From positions 320,001-384,000 of the forward strand of contig CAWJKZ010000014.1 in NCBI GenBank assembly GCA_963843575.1: a stretch of DNA of 64,000 nt, in the 5' to 3' direction. The notes beneath the pieces are model-generated. The model worked only from the letters and a program-made list of their open reading frames with translations, was not told the origin of the DNA and did no database searches. The position numbers and the translations under genes were made by a program. Source of the DNA: an uncultured Acidobacteriota bacterium. GTDB taxonomy: Bacteria > Acidobacteriota > UBA6911. Shown here one piece after another: positions 20,997-31,850 of this stretch (positions are counted from its first letter, which is position 1; every line of letters starts with the position of its first letter).

Positions 20997-21552
20997 ATGC
21001 CGCGACCCAAAGCATCATGGAAGATGTTGTGCATGTTAGCTGTACTGGCCCTGACCGGAGTTCACGCCTTTGCCGCCACCCAGGCCACCGGCAGGAACAC
21101 CCTCTCGCCCACGCTGGTTGTGAACGTAACGGTGCAGCAATCGGTTTCGCTCACGCTTTCGACCGGCGCCTAATGTACCGTCAACACCGGAGGGGGTGGG
21201 GACTACAACGTGAGTTTCGGAAACGTCGACGCGCTGGCCGTCAGCGGGCCGTCCTGCGGCGGCAAATTCGCGCCGGCCACGCCGGGAAGTACCAATGCCG
21301 TGTACCGACTACCGCGTGACGCCCATGTTCACGAGCCAGCCGGTGTCGACCAACACAATCACCGCCTACGTGTCGAGCACATTCACAAAAGCGAATCTGT
21401 CGATCGTGCAATCCGCCACGGCTCCGGCCGCTGTCGGTGATATGACGGCGATGTCGACGAACGCCGGCGCGCAGACGTCGGTAGCCACCAATGCGACGAG
21501 CGGCACGACCTTGACCCGCTGTGCCTTCCGGAACCCTGAGACTGCAGCCTGA
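20997..21552 (+). pseudogene. Disrupted secreted beta-rich (pilin/fimbrial-like) protein
   Basis: AAGGAGA RBS; signal peptide ending VHAFA; in-frame TAA at 21171-21173; the frame continues CTVNTGGGGDYNVSFGNVDAL, then a frameshift near 21305 into a Thr/Ser/Ala-rich tail. Confidence 0.55.
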
Positions 21553-21861
21553 GCCGGCTCAAATCGATAACGCCAGCATCGTCATCTCCAACGCCGATCT
21601 GCTGGATTATCTGCTCCCCTCCGGCGACACAAGGCAATAGCGAACCGAGAAGGCTCGCTATCGCAAGCGGGGACGCCCGAATTTCGCTTGCTACACGTCG
21701 TCTTCCGTTATAAAAATTCTTCTCACTCGGGAACCCCGGATATGATCACAGACCGGCACTGCTGGTGCTTCGGCAACCGGGCCAGTCCACCGGGTGTCTT
21801 TCGTGCGCGAGATCATCAAACCTGATTGATTGCCAGTTTTTCCTGGGAGGGAGAATCCAAG

Positions 21862-22941
21862 GTGTACAAAGTCGCAGTGATTCCTGGAGACGGAACAGGG
21901 CCGGAAGTGACGGCCGAGGCTGTGAAAGTTCTCAACGCCGCGGCAGACAGGTTCGGCTTTGAGGTGCAGCTCACCGAATACGATTTCGGCGGTGAGCGAT
22001 ACAAGCGAACGGGCGAGACGCTGCCGGACGGGGCTCTCTCCGAGTTGCGGACGTTCGACGCCATACTGTTGGGCGCGATCGGACACCCCGATGTGGCGCC
22101 GGGAATCCTGGAGAAAGGGATCCTGCTCAAAGCCCGCTTCGAGTTGGATCAGTACATCAACCTCCGTCCGGTCAAGCTCTTCCCGGGTGTGGAGACACCG
22201 CTGAGAGACAAGGGGCCTGACGACATCGATTTCGTCGTTGTGCGGGAGAACTCGGGCGATTTGTACACAGGCGCCGGCGGTTTTACGATGAAGGGGACAC
22301 CGCAGGAAGTGGCGGTGCAGGCTTCCGTATACACGCGTTTCCAGGTCGACCGCTGCCTGCGCTTCGCCTTCGAGTATGCCCGAAAACACGGCAAGAAGGC
22401 GCGCGGCAAAGGGAGCAAGAACACGCTGGCCCTGTGCGGCAAGACCAACGTCCTGACCTATGTGTATGACCTCTGGGAGCGCGCCTTCCACGAGATGGGG
22501 CAGGCCGAGTATCCCGACATCACGCGGGAGTACTACCACGTCGATGCGACCTGCATGTGGTTCGTGAAAAACCCGGAGTGGTTCGACGTGATCGTCACGG
22601 GCAACATGTTCGGCGACATCATCACGGACCTGGGCGCCATGATCCAGGGAGGCATGGGCATCGCAGCCGGCGGAAACCTCAATCCCGAAGGCGTGAGCAT
22701 GTTCGAGCCCATCGGCGGCAGCGCCCCGAAGTACACGGGCAAGGGTGTCATCAATCCGCTGGCGGCGATCTGCGCCATGCAGATGATGCTGGCGGACCTC
22801 GGCGAAGAGAAAGCCGCCGATGCCGTCGAGAAAGCTGTCATGCACGTTACGGCCAACAAGCTGAAGTCGCTCCAGGCCGGACGCATGGGATACTCCACTT
22901 CCGAGGTCGGGGATCTCGTGGTAGAGAAGGTGGTTGGATAG
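21862..22941 (+). CDS. leuB: 3-isopropylmalate dehydrogenase (beta-decarboxylating dehydrogenase family)
   Basis: VAVIPGDGTGPEV, YINLRPVK, VVRENS, NMFGDIITD, FEPIGGSAPKY, INPLAAI; GGGAG RBS before GTG. Exact substrate not certain. Confidence 0.8.
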   Translation: MYKVAVIPGDGTGPEVTAEAVKVLNAAADRFGFEVQLTEYDFGGERYKRTGETLPDGALSELRTFDAILLGAIGHPDVAPGILEKGILLKARFELDQYINLRPVKLFPGVETPLRDKGPDDIDFVVVRENSGDLYTGAGGFTMKGTPQEVAVQASVYTRFQVDRCLRFAFEYARKHGKKARGKGSKNTLALCGKTNVLTYVYDLWERAFHEMGQAEYPDITREYYHVDATCMWFVKNPEWFDVIVTGNMFGDIITDLGAMIQGGMGIAAGGNLNPEGVSMFEPIGGSAPKYTGKGVINPLAAICAMQMMLADLGEEKAADAVEKAVMHVTANKLKSLQAGRMGYSTSEVGDLVVEKVVG

Positions 22942-22987
22942 TTTCGCCCCGGCCTCGCAACCCACGCTTCGCTTCGCCGGGGCGAAG
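22942..22987. repeat. Inverted repeat between convergent leuB and TonB receptor genes
   Basis: TTCGCCCCGGC ... GCCGGGGCGAA perfect 11-bp arms immediately after the leuB stop. Confidence 0.55.
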
Positions 22988-23127
22988 CCTGCCCTCTCTC
23001 AGCACCTGCCAGGGATCTGACCGCCGCCGGGGTTGATCCGGGTACTCGCCCATTCCCCGCCCTTGTTGGGACGATCTCCCAACCCTGGAGCACGCAGACA
23101 GTTCCCTGCCCTATTCGGCTTGTATCT

Positions 23128-26100
23128 CTAGTACAGGATCTTCAGCGAAAACTGAATCTGTCTTGATGTGCCGGCGGTCCGGAAGACCTGGCCGAATCCG
23201 GGACCGGACACGATGTTCGCCGGCAATCCGAAATTCACCAGGTTGAAGATGTTGAAGAACTCGGCGCGGAACTGAAGCACCGCCCGCTCCGGGTTGCTCC
23301 CGAGGGCGATCGGCGTATTTTTGATGACCGAGAGATCGAAGTTGCGGAAACCCGGCCCGCGAAAGGTATTCCGGCCGATCGAGCCGAAACGTCCCTGGTT
23401 CGGTCCGGTACCTCCTGGAACCCCTATCGGGATGGAGAAAAAGCTCGCGTTATTCGTGCCGCGCCCGAAATAATCCTCTCTCACGGTCCGGCCGGTGGAC
23501 AATTCCGGCGTGCCGACCTGGTCGGGCCTGTCGGCCCCGTTTGTACCCTGACCCGTCTGCTGGATCCCCGAATAGACCGTGAACGGTGATCCCGTGGTGA
23601 ACGATCCCATTCCCAGAACCTGCCAGCCGTCCACGAAGCGCCGGCCGAGGCCTCGCAGCAGAGGAGTTCTCCTGAACGACAGCTCCTGGATCAGGCTGAA
23701 CGACGACGCGTGCGTCACGTCGAACGTCGACGGCCCTTTTTCGGCCTTCAGATTGTGGAGATCCTGCGGTGTCGTCTGCAGCACGGCCCCGGATGCCCCC
23801 GAGAACAACCCGCCCAGCACGGCGCTGGTATCGTCCAGGGACCTGGAAAATGTATAGCTGCCCTGGAAACCAAGGCCCGCGCGCAGCGAGGTTTTCGCCA
23901 CCGATACCTGCAGCGAGTGATAGGTCGAGTGCGAGCCGTTCGTTATGATGATGGCAGGACCGTATCCCCAGGTCACCTGCCCGGCGGAATCAAATTGCGT
24001 ATAGCGCGCTCGTGTCCGGCATCTGCCCCGCCGTATGCGTTCGGGAACTCCATCCTTTCCAGCCTCACCCCGACCGTGGCGACATACGCGGCGGAGAGTG
24101 TCACGTCGCGCAGACTCCGTTCCACGCCCAGCGTATAGCTTCCGACGTAGCCGTTCACGAGGTTCTGAGCCATCCCCTGGGCCGCGATGGGGCGGACCTG
24201 CTTGTCGGGACTCAGCGCCGCGAGTTCTCGTTCAAAGCGCTGTACATCCATCTCGGTGTTCGCCGGCACATCAGTCGAACGACCCGATGCGAAGACGTTC
24301 CTGCCGTCGGGGGTGAAGACATCCGGCACCTGGATCGATTGCACCGACGTGCGGAAAGGGACCGGCGCTCCCGGGACAGCGGCCTCATACAGCGCCACGG
24401 TAAACGGCAGCCCGGCGGTGACGCAGTTGGTCTGCCACAGGTTGGGCAGTAGCGGCGTAATCGCGCCACCGGCGCGTACGACCGTCTGCTTGTCGACCTG
24501 CCAGTCGAACGACAATCGCGGGCTCCAGCCCTTCCAGTCCATTCCGTATGGCGGCTGTGGGTTGATCAAAAAACGCGTAGAGGCCAGCGTATCCCCGAAG
24601 AATATGCCGGACGTCATGTGCTTCGGCTCCGCGATGCGGGTGTTGACCTCATACCGCAGACCGTAGCTCAAGGCAAATCTGGGCACAACCGTCCAGGTAT
24701 CGCTGAAAAAGGCGTTGTACGCCTGCCGGCGCACTCCGACATTGCCCATGCGGGATCCCTGGGGGAAGATCGAAGGCGCGGCGGTGGTCGCGAACGAAAA
24801 TGGAGTCGCCGTAAGGAAGCCGCTGAGCGCATCGGGCAAAGCGTCGCCGGTGTGGATGTCGTGCGTCCCGCTGCGTGAACGAATTTCCACCGGCGAGTAG
24901 GCGGCGCCGCCCCCGAATGTGTACAACCCGCTCGGATTGATGCCGTATATGGTTACGTCGACATTGAATCGCCCCTCAAAGCCCGCCTGCCATTTGTGCC
25001 TGCCCTTGTCCCAGCTGAGATTCTGGCGCACCTGGATGAGATTCCCGTAGGCGCCCAGGACGGTGCCTGCCGTGAGATTGAAAGGCTCGTAAAGCCCGTC
25101 GCCGAATGAATACCCCGGTTCCGTGTGGTTTTGCGCCTGGAAATTGGGCGTGGAACGCACGAACCCAAGGTAGCTCTCCGAGGTGAAGAACGGCGAGGGA
25201 GTGTAAGTGGCGGAAAGTCCTCCCGCCCGCTGCCGGTCGAAGAAGCGCACGGCAAACGACGGGTCGATCGCCGCCTGGGAAGGGTTGGTCAGCGGCCCGT
25301 CGACATTGTTGAGATTGAAGCGCGCAAACAGCTGCAGCCGCGCCGATGAGCTGTGGTCCAACCTGACGGAGAACTGATCGCTGACGGTGCGCACCTTCGA
25401 GGAGATGGCATAGGTCCGCTCGCCAAACGGGCCCAGGGGATCGTTCGGCATTGGGTACCGGGCGAGCACCGGCAGGATCTTGTCGTTCACCGGCACTTGG
25501 AGAGCGTCTCCGGAATAGGCGGTCGTATCGACGCCGCGCCGTTCGTCGGCCGTTGGAACGGAGAGCATCTGGGTGGTGCCGAGCACCTGCCGGAATCCCT
25601 GGTACTGAAGGAAATAAAATGTCCGGCTGCGTCCGTCGTAGAGGCTCGGGATCAACACGGGACCGCCGTTGGTGAAACCGAATTCATTGCGGTTGAACGG
25701 CGGAATCCGCCCCGGCTGTGCGACGGAGCTGCGATCGAAAAAATTGCGCGCATCGAACGCCGCATTCCGCACGAATTCGAACAGGCTGCCGTGAACGTCG
25801 TTCGTGCCCGACTTGGTAATCACTTCGGTGAATCCGGCCGCGCCGTGCCCAATATCGGCGGTCAGGACGCCCGTGCTCGATTTGATCTCCTCGATGGCGT
25901 CCACGTTGAAGTTCGAAAAAGTGGCGCCGCCCATCTGCGGGTCGGTGGTGTCGGTCCCATCCATGGCGAAGACGGTGGCCGATCCCCGCTGACCGTTGAC
26001 GGTGAACTGCTGCGTGAAATTGGCGGCGCCGTTGGTATCCGTCTGGGTCCCGGCGGCCAGGAGCAGAAGCTGGCTGAAATCCCTCTTGTTCAAGGGAAGG

Positions 26101-26549
26101 GCGGAGACCTGCTTGCTCGACAACTGTTCGCCGCCGCTGGCGTCCCCTGCGATCGCCTCGAGGGTAACCCCGCCGCTGCTCCCGATGCGCAGGTTGTCCG
26201 TCCTGCCGGTGCCGGCGTCAAATTTCAGGCCCGAGATCGAGGCGGCGGAACGTCCGTTCCATTCCACGGTAAGAGCATAGTTGCCCGGCTTCAGATCGCT
26301 GAACTCGAAGGTGCCGTCGCTGCCGCTCTTCGCGGACCTGCTGCCCTCCTGACCCTGCAACGTGATGGACGCGCCGACGACGCGCTGCCCCGCCGTGTCA
26401 CGAATGATGCCGCGCCAACTGGTGCGATGCTCGCGACTCGATCCCGGCTCGGCCCCGATCAGGATGATCACTGCGATAAATGAGATGATCGCGGGAAGGC
26501 AAGGGAGAAAAAGACCGGCTTTGCTGCTTGGGAGAGCCCTGACACTCAT
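23128..26549 (-). CDS. TonB-dependent receptor (Oar-like, N-terminal carboxypeptidase-regulatory-like domain), frameshifted near 23980-24010
   Basis: LPLNKRDFSQLLLL, TKSGTNDVHGSLFEFVRN, FDARNFFD, RNEFGFTNGGP; C-terminus LQFRAEFFNIFN...RQIQFSLKILY in ORF 23128-23976. Confidence 0.9.
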
Positions 26550-26781
26550 ATTACCGCCTGTGGTTCGGCTGATCAGTGAAATGGATCGCTTCATCCACTC
26601 AAACGGCCAAGCCTGCCAGAACTGATGATGAGATCTCGCTCGGGGCAGGAAGCACCACACGCATCCGCCATGGTGCCCATCGATTCGGGGCCGAATTATA
26701 CAGGCTCGCCCACCGATAGCGGCACATGAAGGTCACCGAATCTTCGCTTCCTGCAGATGTTTGTGAATGTACTGCCTCGGT

Positions 26782-26856
<75 letters not shown>

Positions 26857-27155
26857 TCGAGACTACGCCGGCCCATTAGGGCCGCGGACTGAAAAGGCGA
26901 TCCCGGCCGCCCTTTGCGCATCGTGCCGTTTCACGGAAAGTCACTTTAGCCCGAGCGTCCCGTTTTTTCAAGCGGGTTGCTGAGATTGCTGTAAAGGATC
27001 CCTGGATCAGGGACAAGGTGTGTCCGCTGCTGCGCCGGATTTTCTTGCCATCCGTGCTATGCTGGTGGCGCCAGCGCGAAGGGGTCTCCAGTATAGCGAT
27101 GTATCCATGATGCGCCGTCGCCGGTTTTCCGGCCGGGCGGGCAGATGCGACAAAT

Positions 27156-28769
27156 ATGGCCAAGTATATTTTCATCACGGGTGGTGTGGTTTCCAGTCTC
27201 GGCAAGGGTTTGACTGCGGCATCCCTGGGCCGGATCCTGCTGAGCCGCGGGCTGAACATACGCATGCTCAAGATCGACCCGTACCTGAACGTCGATCCGG
27301 GCACCATGAGTCCGTACCAGCACGGCGAGGTCTACGTCACCGAGGACGGGGCGGAGACCGACCTCGACCTCGGGCACTACGAGCGGTTCACGGGCCAGCC
27401 GACGTCAAGCAGAAGCAATTTCACCGCGGGCCGCGTCTACTGGGAGGTCCTGAAGAAGGAACGCCACGGAGACTACCTCGGCGGTACGGTCCAGATGATC
27501 CCGCACATCACGGATGAGATCAAAGCCCACATCCGCGCCCTGGACGCGAAGGGTGTCGACATTGTCGTCGGCGAGGTCGGCGGCACGGTGGGCGACATCG
27601 AGGGACTGACCTTCCTGGAGGCCATCCGCCAGATCGGGCTGGAGGAGGGGCGGGACAACGTGATGTACGTTCACCTGACCTACGTCCCCTTCATCAAGGC
27701 CGCCGGCGAGGTGAAGACCAAGCCCTCCCAGCAGAGCGTCGCCAAGTTGCGGGAAATCGGCATAACCCCGGACGCCCTGATCTGCCGGACCGAGGTCAAG
27801 CTCTCCGACGAGGTCAGGAAGAAGCTCTCGCTCTTCTGCAACGTCCCGTTAGACGCGGTTATCGAGGAGCGCGACGTCCAGCACACCATCTACGAACTCC
27901 CCCTGGTGCTCTCCGAACAGGGGTTGGACGAAATCATCATGGTGCATTTCCGCTTGGCCCGCCCGCCGGCCAAGCTGCAGCCGTGGCGCAACCTCGTCGA
28001 GACCATCGTGCATCCCAAGCACCGGGTGCGCATCGCCGTGGTCGGCAAGTACTCCGAGTTGCAGGACGCCTACAAGTCCATCTTCGAGGCGATCCATCAC
28101 GGCGGGTACGCGCACGAGGCACAGGTCGAGATCGTGAAGATCGCGGCGGAGGACATCGAGGAAGGCAAGCACCTGAACGACCTCAAGAAGGTCTCGGGTA
28201 TCCTCGTCCCCGGCGGCTTCGGCACCCGTGGGATCGAGGGGAAGATCTCGGCGGTGCGGTACGCGCGCGAAAAGAAGATCCCCTTTCTCGGCATCTGCCT
28301 CGGCCTGCAATGCGCGGTGATCGAATTCGCGCGCCACGCCTGCGGGTTGAAGGGGGCGCACACGACCGAGATAGACCCGGCCACGCCGCATCCGGTGGTC
28401 TGCCTCATGGAAGAGCAGGAGAAGGTCACCAACCTGGGGGGAACCATGCGGCTGGGGACGTGGCCGTGCCTTCTCAAGACAGGCTCGCGGGCGGCCCAGG
28501 CGTACGGCGCGGGGAAGATCAGCGAGCGGCACCGCCATCGCTACGAGGTGAACAACGAATATCGCGCCGCGCTGACCGGCCGCGGCATGGTGCTCTCCGG
28601 GTTGTCGCCGGACGGCAAGCTCGTGGAGATGGTCGAACTGGAGCATCACCCCTGGTTTGTCGCTACCCAGGCGCACCCGGAGTTCAAGTCCCAGCCGCTG
28701 GTCCCCCATCCCCTGTTCAAGGCGTTCGTGGGTGCCGCGCTCGAGCGCGCCAGGGGACGTCGAAAATAG
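27156..28769 (+). CDS. pyrG: CTP synthase
   Basis: KYIFITGGVVSSLGKG, KIDPYLNVDPGTMSPYQHGEV, GICLG, ERHRHRYE, HPEF. Confidence 0.98.
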   Translation: MAKYIFITGGVVSSLGKGLTAASLGRILLSRGLNIRMLKIDPYLNVDPGTMSPYQHGEVYVTEDGAETDLDLGHYERFTGQPTSSRSNFTAGRVYWEVLKKERHGDYLGGTVQMIPHITDEIKAHIRALDAKGVDIVVGEVGGTVGDIEGLTFLEAIRQIGLEEGRDNVMYVHLTYVPFIKAAGEVKTKPSQQSVAKLREIGITPDALICRTEVKLSDEVRKKLSLFCNVPLDAVIEERDVQHTIYELPLVLSEQGLDEIIMVHFRLARPPAKLQPWRNLVETIVHPKHRVRIAVVGKYSELQDAYKSIFEAIHHGGYAHEAQVEIVKIAAEDIEEGKHLNDLKKVSGILVPGGFGTRGIEGKISAVRYAREKKIPFLGICLGLQCAVIEFARHACGLKGAHTTEIDPATPHPVVCLMEEQEKVTNLGGTMRLGTWPCLLKTGSRAAQAYGAGKISERHRHRYEVNNEYRAALTGRGMVLSGLSPDGKLVEMVELEHHPWFVATQAHPEFKSQPLVPHPLFKAFVGAALERARGRRK

Positions 28770-28825
28770 ACACGGGGCCGGCTTCCCTACCGCAGAGCAG
28801 CGGGCCGTCGCTAAGTACACAGTCT

Positions 28826-29010
28826 CATAAGTACGCTGACATATTCTTCAGGACGCAGAACAACACGGGCGATGAAAGACAAAAGCCAAAACAGAACGCA
28901 GATTCCGCGGATCCAACCGATTCACGCGGATCGGACGCGGCCTGCCACCAGGTCGATCCGTGGGGATCCGCGCGCATCCGCGTCCTGAAAAATACGTTGG
29001 CGTACTTGTG
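28826..29010. mobile_element. MITE-like element with 34-bp imperfect terminal inverted repeats
   Basis: 28826-28859 versus the reverse complement of 28977-29010 matches at 28/34 positions; the interior has repeated ACGCGGAT/ATCCGCG motifs. Confidence 0.5.
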
Positions 29011-29018
29011 AACATCGG

Positions 29019-29160
29019 TAATAAGAGCCTGCGGGCCGCAGCCCGGAGGGGCGCGGCGGCGGGCGGGCATCTGCGGCGTTAGCGCTCCTCGACGACATCC
29101 CCACATCGCCTGCGTCGCGGCGCCTTGCATCTGCCCGCCCGGCGCTCGCGCCAAAGTGGG
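29019..29160. repeat. REP-like structured palindromic element
   Basis: GGGCGGGCA-TCTGCGGCG ... CGCCTTGCATC-TGCCCGCCC nested stem in the intergenic space between convergent pyrG and kdsD. Confidence 0.45.
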
Positions 29161-29184
29161 CCTGTTATTATTCTGTGACAGACC

Positions 29185-30159
29185 CTAAAACATCTGGGTC
29201 CGCCAGAGGTCGTGGATGTGGACCACGCCCACGATCTCTTGCCCGGGGCTCACGACCACCAGGCTCGTGATCTTCAACCGCTCCATTTTCGACAGGGCAG
29301 CCGTGGCGAGTTCTTCCGCGGCAATCGTTTTCGGGTCGCGCGTCATGCACTCCTCCGCTACCAGGCGCAAGGGGTCGGGGGATTTCTGCAGCAGCCGCCG
29401 CAGGTCGCCGTCGGAGATCACACCCGCGAGGCAACCCGTTTCGTCCGCGACGGTCGTCATGCCCAGTTTCTTGCGCGACATCTCGTAGATCACCTCGCTC
29501 ATGGAGGTGGCCAGCGACACCCGGGGCACGGACTCGCCACGATGCATCAGTTCGGCAACCCGCAGCAGCCTGCGGCCGATCGCACCGGCCGGGTGAACCT
29601 TCGCGAAATCCTCCAGACCGAATCCCTTTCGTTGCATCAACGCCATGGCAAGCGCGTCGCCCATGGCCAGCGCCGCCGCCGTGCTCGTTGTCGGCGCCAG
29701 GTCGAAGGGGCAGGCCTCTTCCGCTACGCCGACGTCCAGGTGAGCCTCCGCGTGACGCGCGAGGGTGGACTGCGGGTCGCCGGTCATGGCGACCAGGGGC
29801 ACGCCGAGCCGCTTCACGAATTCGAGGATCCGCAGTATCTCGTCGGTTTCGCCGCTCTTGGACAGGGCAAGGACAACATCTTCCGAACCCAGCAGGCCGA
29901 CGTCGCCGTGCAGCGCCTCCGCGGCGTGCAGGAATATCGCCGGCGAGCCGGTGCTCGAGAGCGTGGCGGCGATCTTCTTGCAGATGATCCCGGACTTGCC
30001 CATGCCAGTGACGGCGATCTTGCCCCGGCACGCGGCAAGAATTTCGAGGGCCACGAGGAACGAATCCCCTATGCGCGGCGTAAGGGACGCAATCGCCTCG
30101 GCCTCCGCATGCAGGACCCGCAATGCGGTTTGCAGGGCAAGTGCCCGCGCCGCGCTCAA
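29185..30159 (-). CDS. kdsD: Arabinose-5-phosphate isomerase (KpsF/GutQ, SIS + CBS)
   Basis: [43 protein letters not shown]. Confidence 0.95.
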   Translation of the reverse strand: MSAARALALQTALRVLHAEAEAIASLTPRIGDSFLVALEILAACRGKIAVTGMGKSGIICKKIAATLSSTGSPAIFLHAAEALHGDVGLLGSEDVVLALSKSGETDEILRILEFVKRLGVPLVAMTGDPQSTLARHAEAHLDVGVAEEACPFDLAPTTSTAAALAMGDALAMALMQRKGFGLEDFAKVHPAGAIGRRLLRVAELMHRGESVPRVSLATSMSEVIYEMSRKKLGMTTVADETGCLAGVISDGDLRRLLQKSPDPLRLVAEECMTRDPKTIAAEELATAALSKMERLKITSLVVVSPGQEIVGVVHIHDLWRTQMF

Positions 30160-30968
30160 GACGGCCTCCGGAGCGCCGAGCGGATGCGCAGGATGTCCTG
30201 CACCAGCCCGGGGAAGATCGCCAGCCGTAGGGCGTTTGGGCCGTCGGAGAGGGCATTCTCCGGACGGTCGTGGACTTCGAAAAAGAAGGCGTTCACCCCG
30301 GCACCCGCACCCGCGCGCGCGAGGTAGGGGATGAACTCCGACTGCCCCCCCGACCGGTCTCCTGCCCCCCCGGGCATCTGCACGCTGTGGGTGACGTCGA
30401 AAACGACCGGGCAGCCGAAGGAACGCATGAGGATGAGCGAGCGGAAATCGACGACCAGGTTGTTGTAGCCGAAGAACGTGCCGCGCTCGGTGACCATCAC
30501 GTTCCGGTTGCCTGTCCCTACCGCCTTATCGAGCACCTTGCGCATGTCGCCGGGAGAGAGAAACTGACCCTTCTTGATGTTGACCGCCCGTCCGCTGCGC
30601 GCGGCGGCACGGATCAGGTCCGTCTGCCGGCAGAGGAACGCGGGGATCTGCAGGACGTCGAGCACCTCGGCGGCGGCGGCGACCTGCGCGGTCTCGTGCA
30701 CGTCGCTCAGGACTGGAAGGCCCGTGACGGCGCGCGCTTTCCCGAGAATCCGCAGACCCTCCCGCAGGCCGGGGCCACGGAACGAGGAGGAAGAGGTGCG
30801 GTTGGCCTTGTCGTACGAAGCCTTGAAGATCAGGTCGATGCGCAGCCGGTCCGCCACCGCCGCCAGGCGGTCGGCGAGCTTCAGGCAGTGCCTTTCGCTC
30901 TCGATCACGCACGGGCCCGCGATGAAGAAGGGACGCGACGTGCCTAATTTCAATTGTCCGACGTTCAT
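30156..30968 (-). CDS. kdsA: KDO8P synthase
   Basis: [48 protein letters not shown]. Confidence 0.97.
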   Translation of the reverse strand: MNVGQLKLGTSRPFFIAGPCVIESERHCLKLADRLAAVADRLRIDLIFKASYDKANRTSSSSFRGPGLREGLRILGKARAVTGLPVLSDVHETAQVAAAAEVLDVLQIPAFLCRQTDLIRAAARSGRAVNIKKGQFLSPGDMRKVLDKAVGTGNRNVMVTERGTFFGYNNLVVDFRSLILMRSFGCPVVFDVTHSVQMPGGAGDRSGGQSEFIPYLARAGAGAGVNAFFFEVHDRPENALSDGPNALRLAIFPGLVQDILRIRSALRRPS

Positions 30969-31071
30969 GGCGGCGACCGGGGGCAGGTTACCAATCCCGG
31001 AGCCCCGCGGCAAGCCGCAAAACGAGGGCCGGCGCCGGCGGGAACCGGTGCGCCGCGTCGGGTTCCTGGCG

Positions 31072-31836
31072 TCAGGCCTTCCCGGAGAAGAGCGCCTCGA
31101 CTTCGGCGAGGTCTTCGGGTGTATCCACGCTTATCGAGTCCTCCAACACCCGCACGACGTGCACGGCGTGCCCGTGCTCGAGAATGCGCAGCTGCTCGAG
31201 CGATTCCGAACGCTCGAGGGGCCCGGGCTCCATCCGGACGTAGCGCAGCAGGAACTCCCGGCGGTAAAGGTAAATCCCGACATGCTTCAGATACGGGCCG
31301 CCCAGCGTTTCGCGGCCTGCCCCGCCCCCCCAATCCAACGGGGCGTTCCGGTCGTACGGAACGGGCCAGCGGGAGAAGTAGAGCGCCCTGCCCTCGCGGT
31401 CGCAGACCACCTTGACGATGTTGGGATTCAAGACGTCCGTGGCGCGCAGGAGCGGGATGGCGGCCGTGACCACGGTCAGGTCGGGACGGGCGCGCCCGAA
31501 AGCGACGAGCGCAGCCACGGTGGAGGCCGGGAGCAGCGGCTCGTCTCCCTGCAGGTTGAGGATGAGTTCCTCGGTCAGCTCTTCGGCGACCTCGGCGACA
31601 CGGTCCGAGCCGGTGCGGTGCGACGGCGAGGTCATCCAGGCCTCGCCGCCGCTCTGTTCGACCGTGCGGGCGATTTCCTCGGTGTCGGTGGCGACCACGA
31701 TCCGGTCGATGCCGGGGCACGACCTCGCCCGCTCGAGAACGCGTACAATCATCGGGACCCCGGCTATCCTGCGGAGGGGCTTCCCCGGCAACCGTGTCGA
31801 TTGCATGCGCGCAGGAATGACGGCCGCGACTCGCAT
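31072..31836 (-). CDS. kdsB: CMP-KDO synthetase
   Basis: [42 protein letters not shown]. Confidence 0.96.
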   Translation of the reverse strand: MRVAAVIPARMQSTRLPGKPLRRIAGVPMIVRVLERARSCPGIDRIVVATDTEEIARTVEQSGGEAWMTSPSHRTGSDRVAEVAEELTEELILNLQGDEPLLPASTVAALVAFGRARPDLTVVTAAIPLLRATDVLNPNIVKVVCDREGRALYFSRWPVPYDRNAPLDWGGGAGRETLGGPYLKHVGIYLYRREFLLRYVRMEPGPLERSESLEQLRILEHGHAVHVVRVLEDSISVDTPEDLAEVEALFSGKA

Positions 31837-31850
31837 GGGGCCTTGTACCG

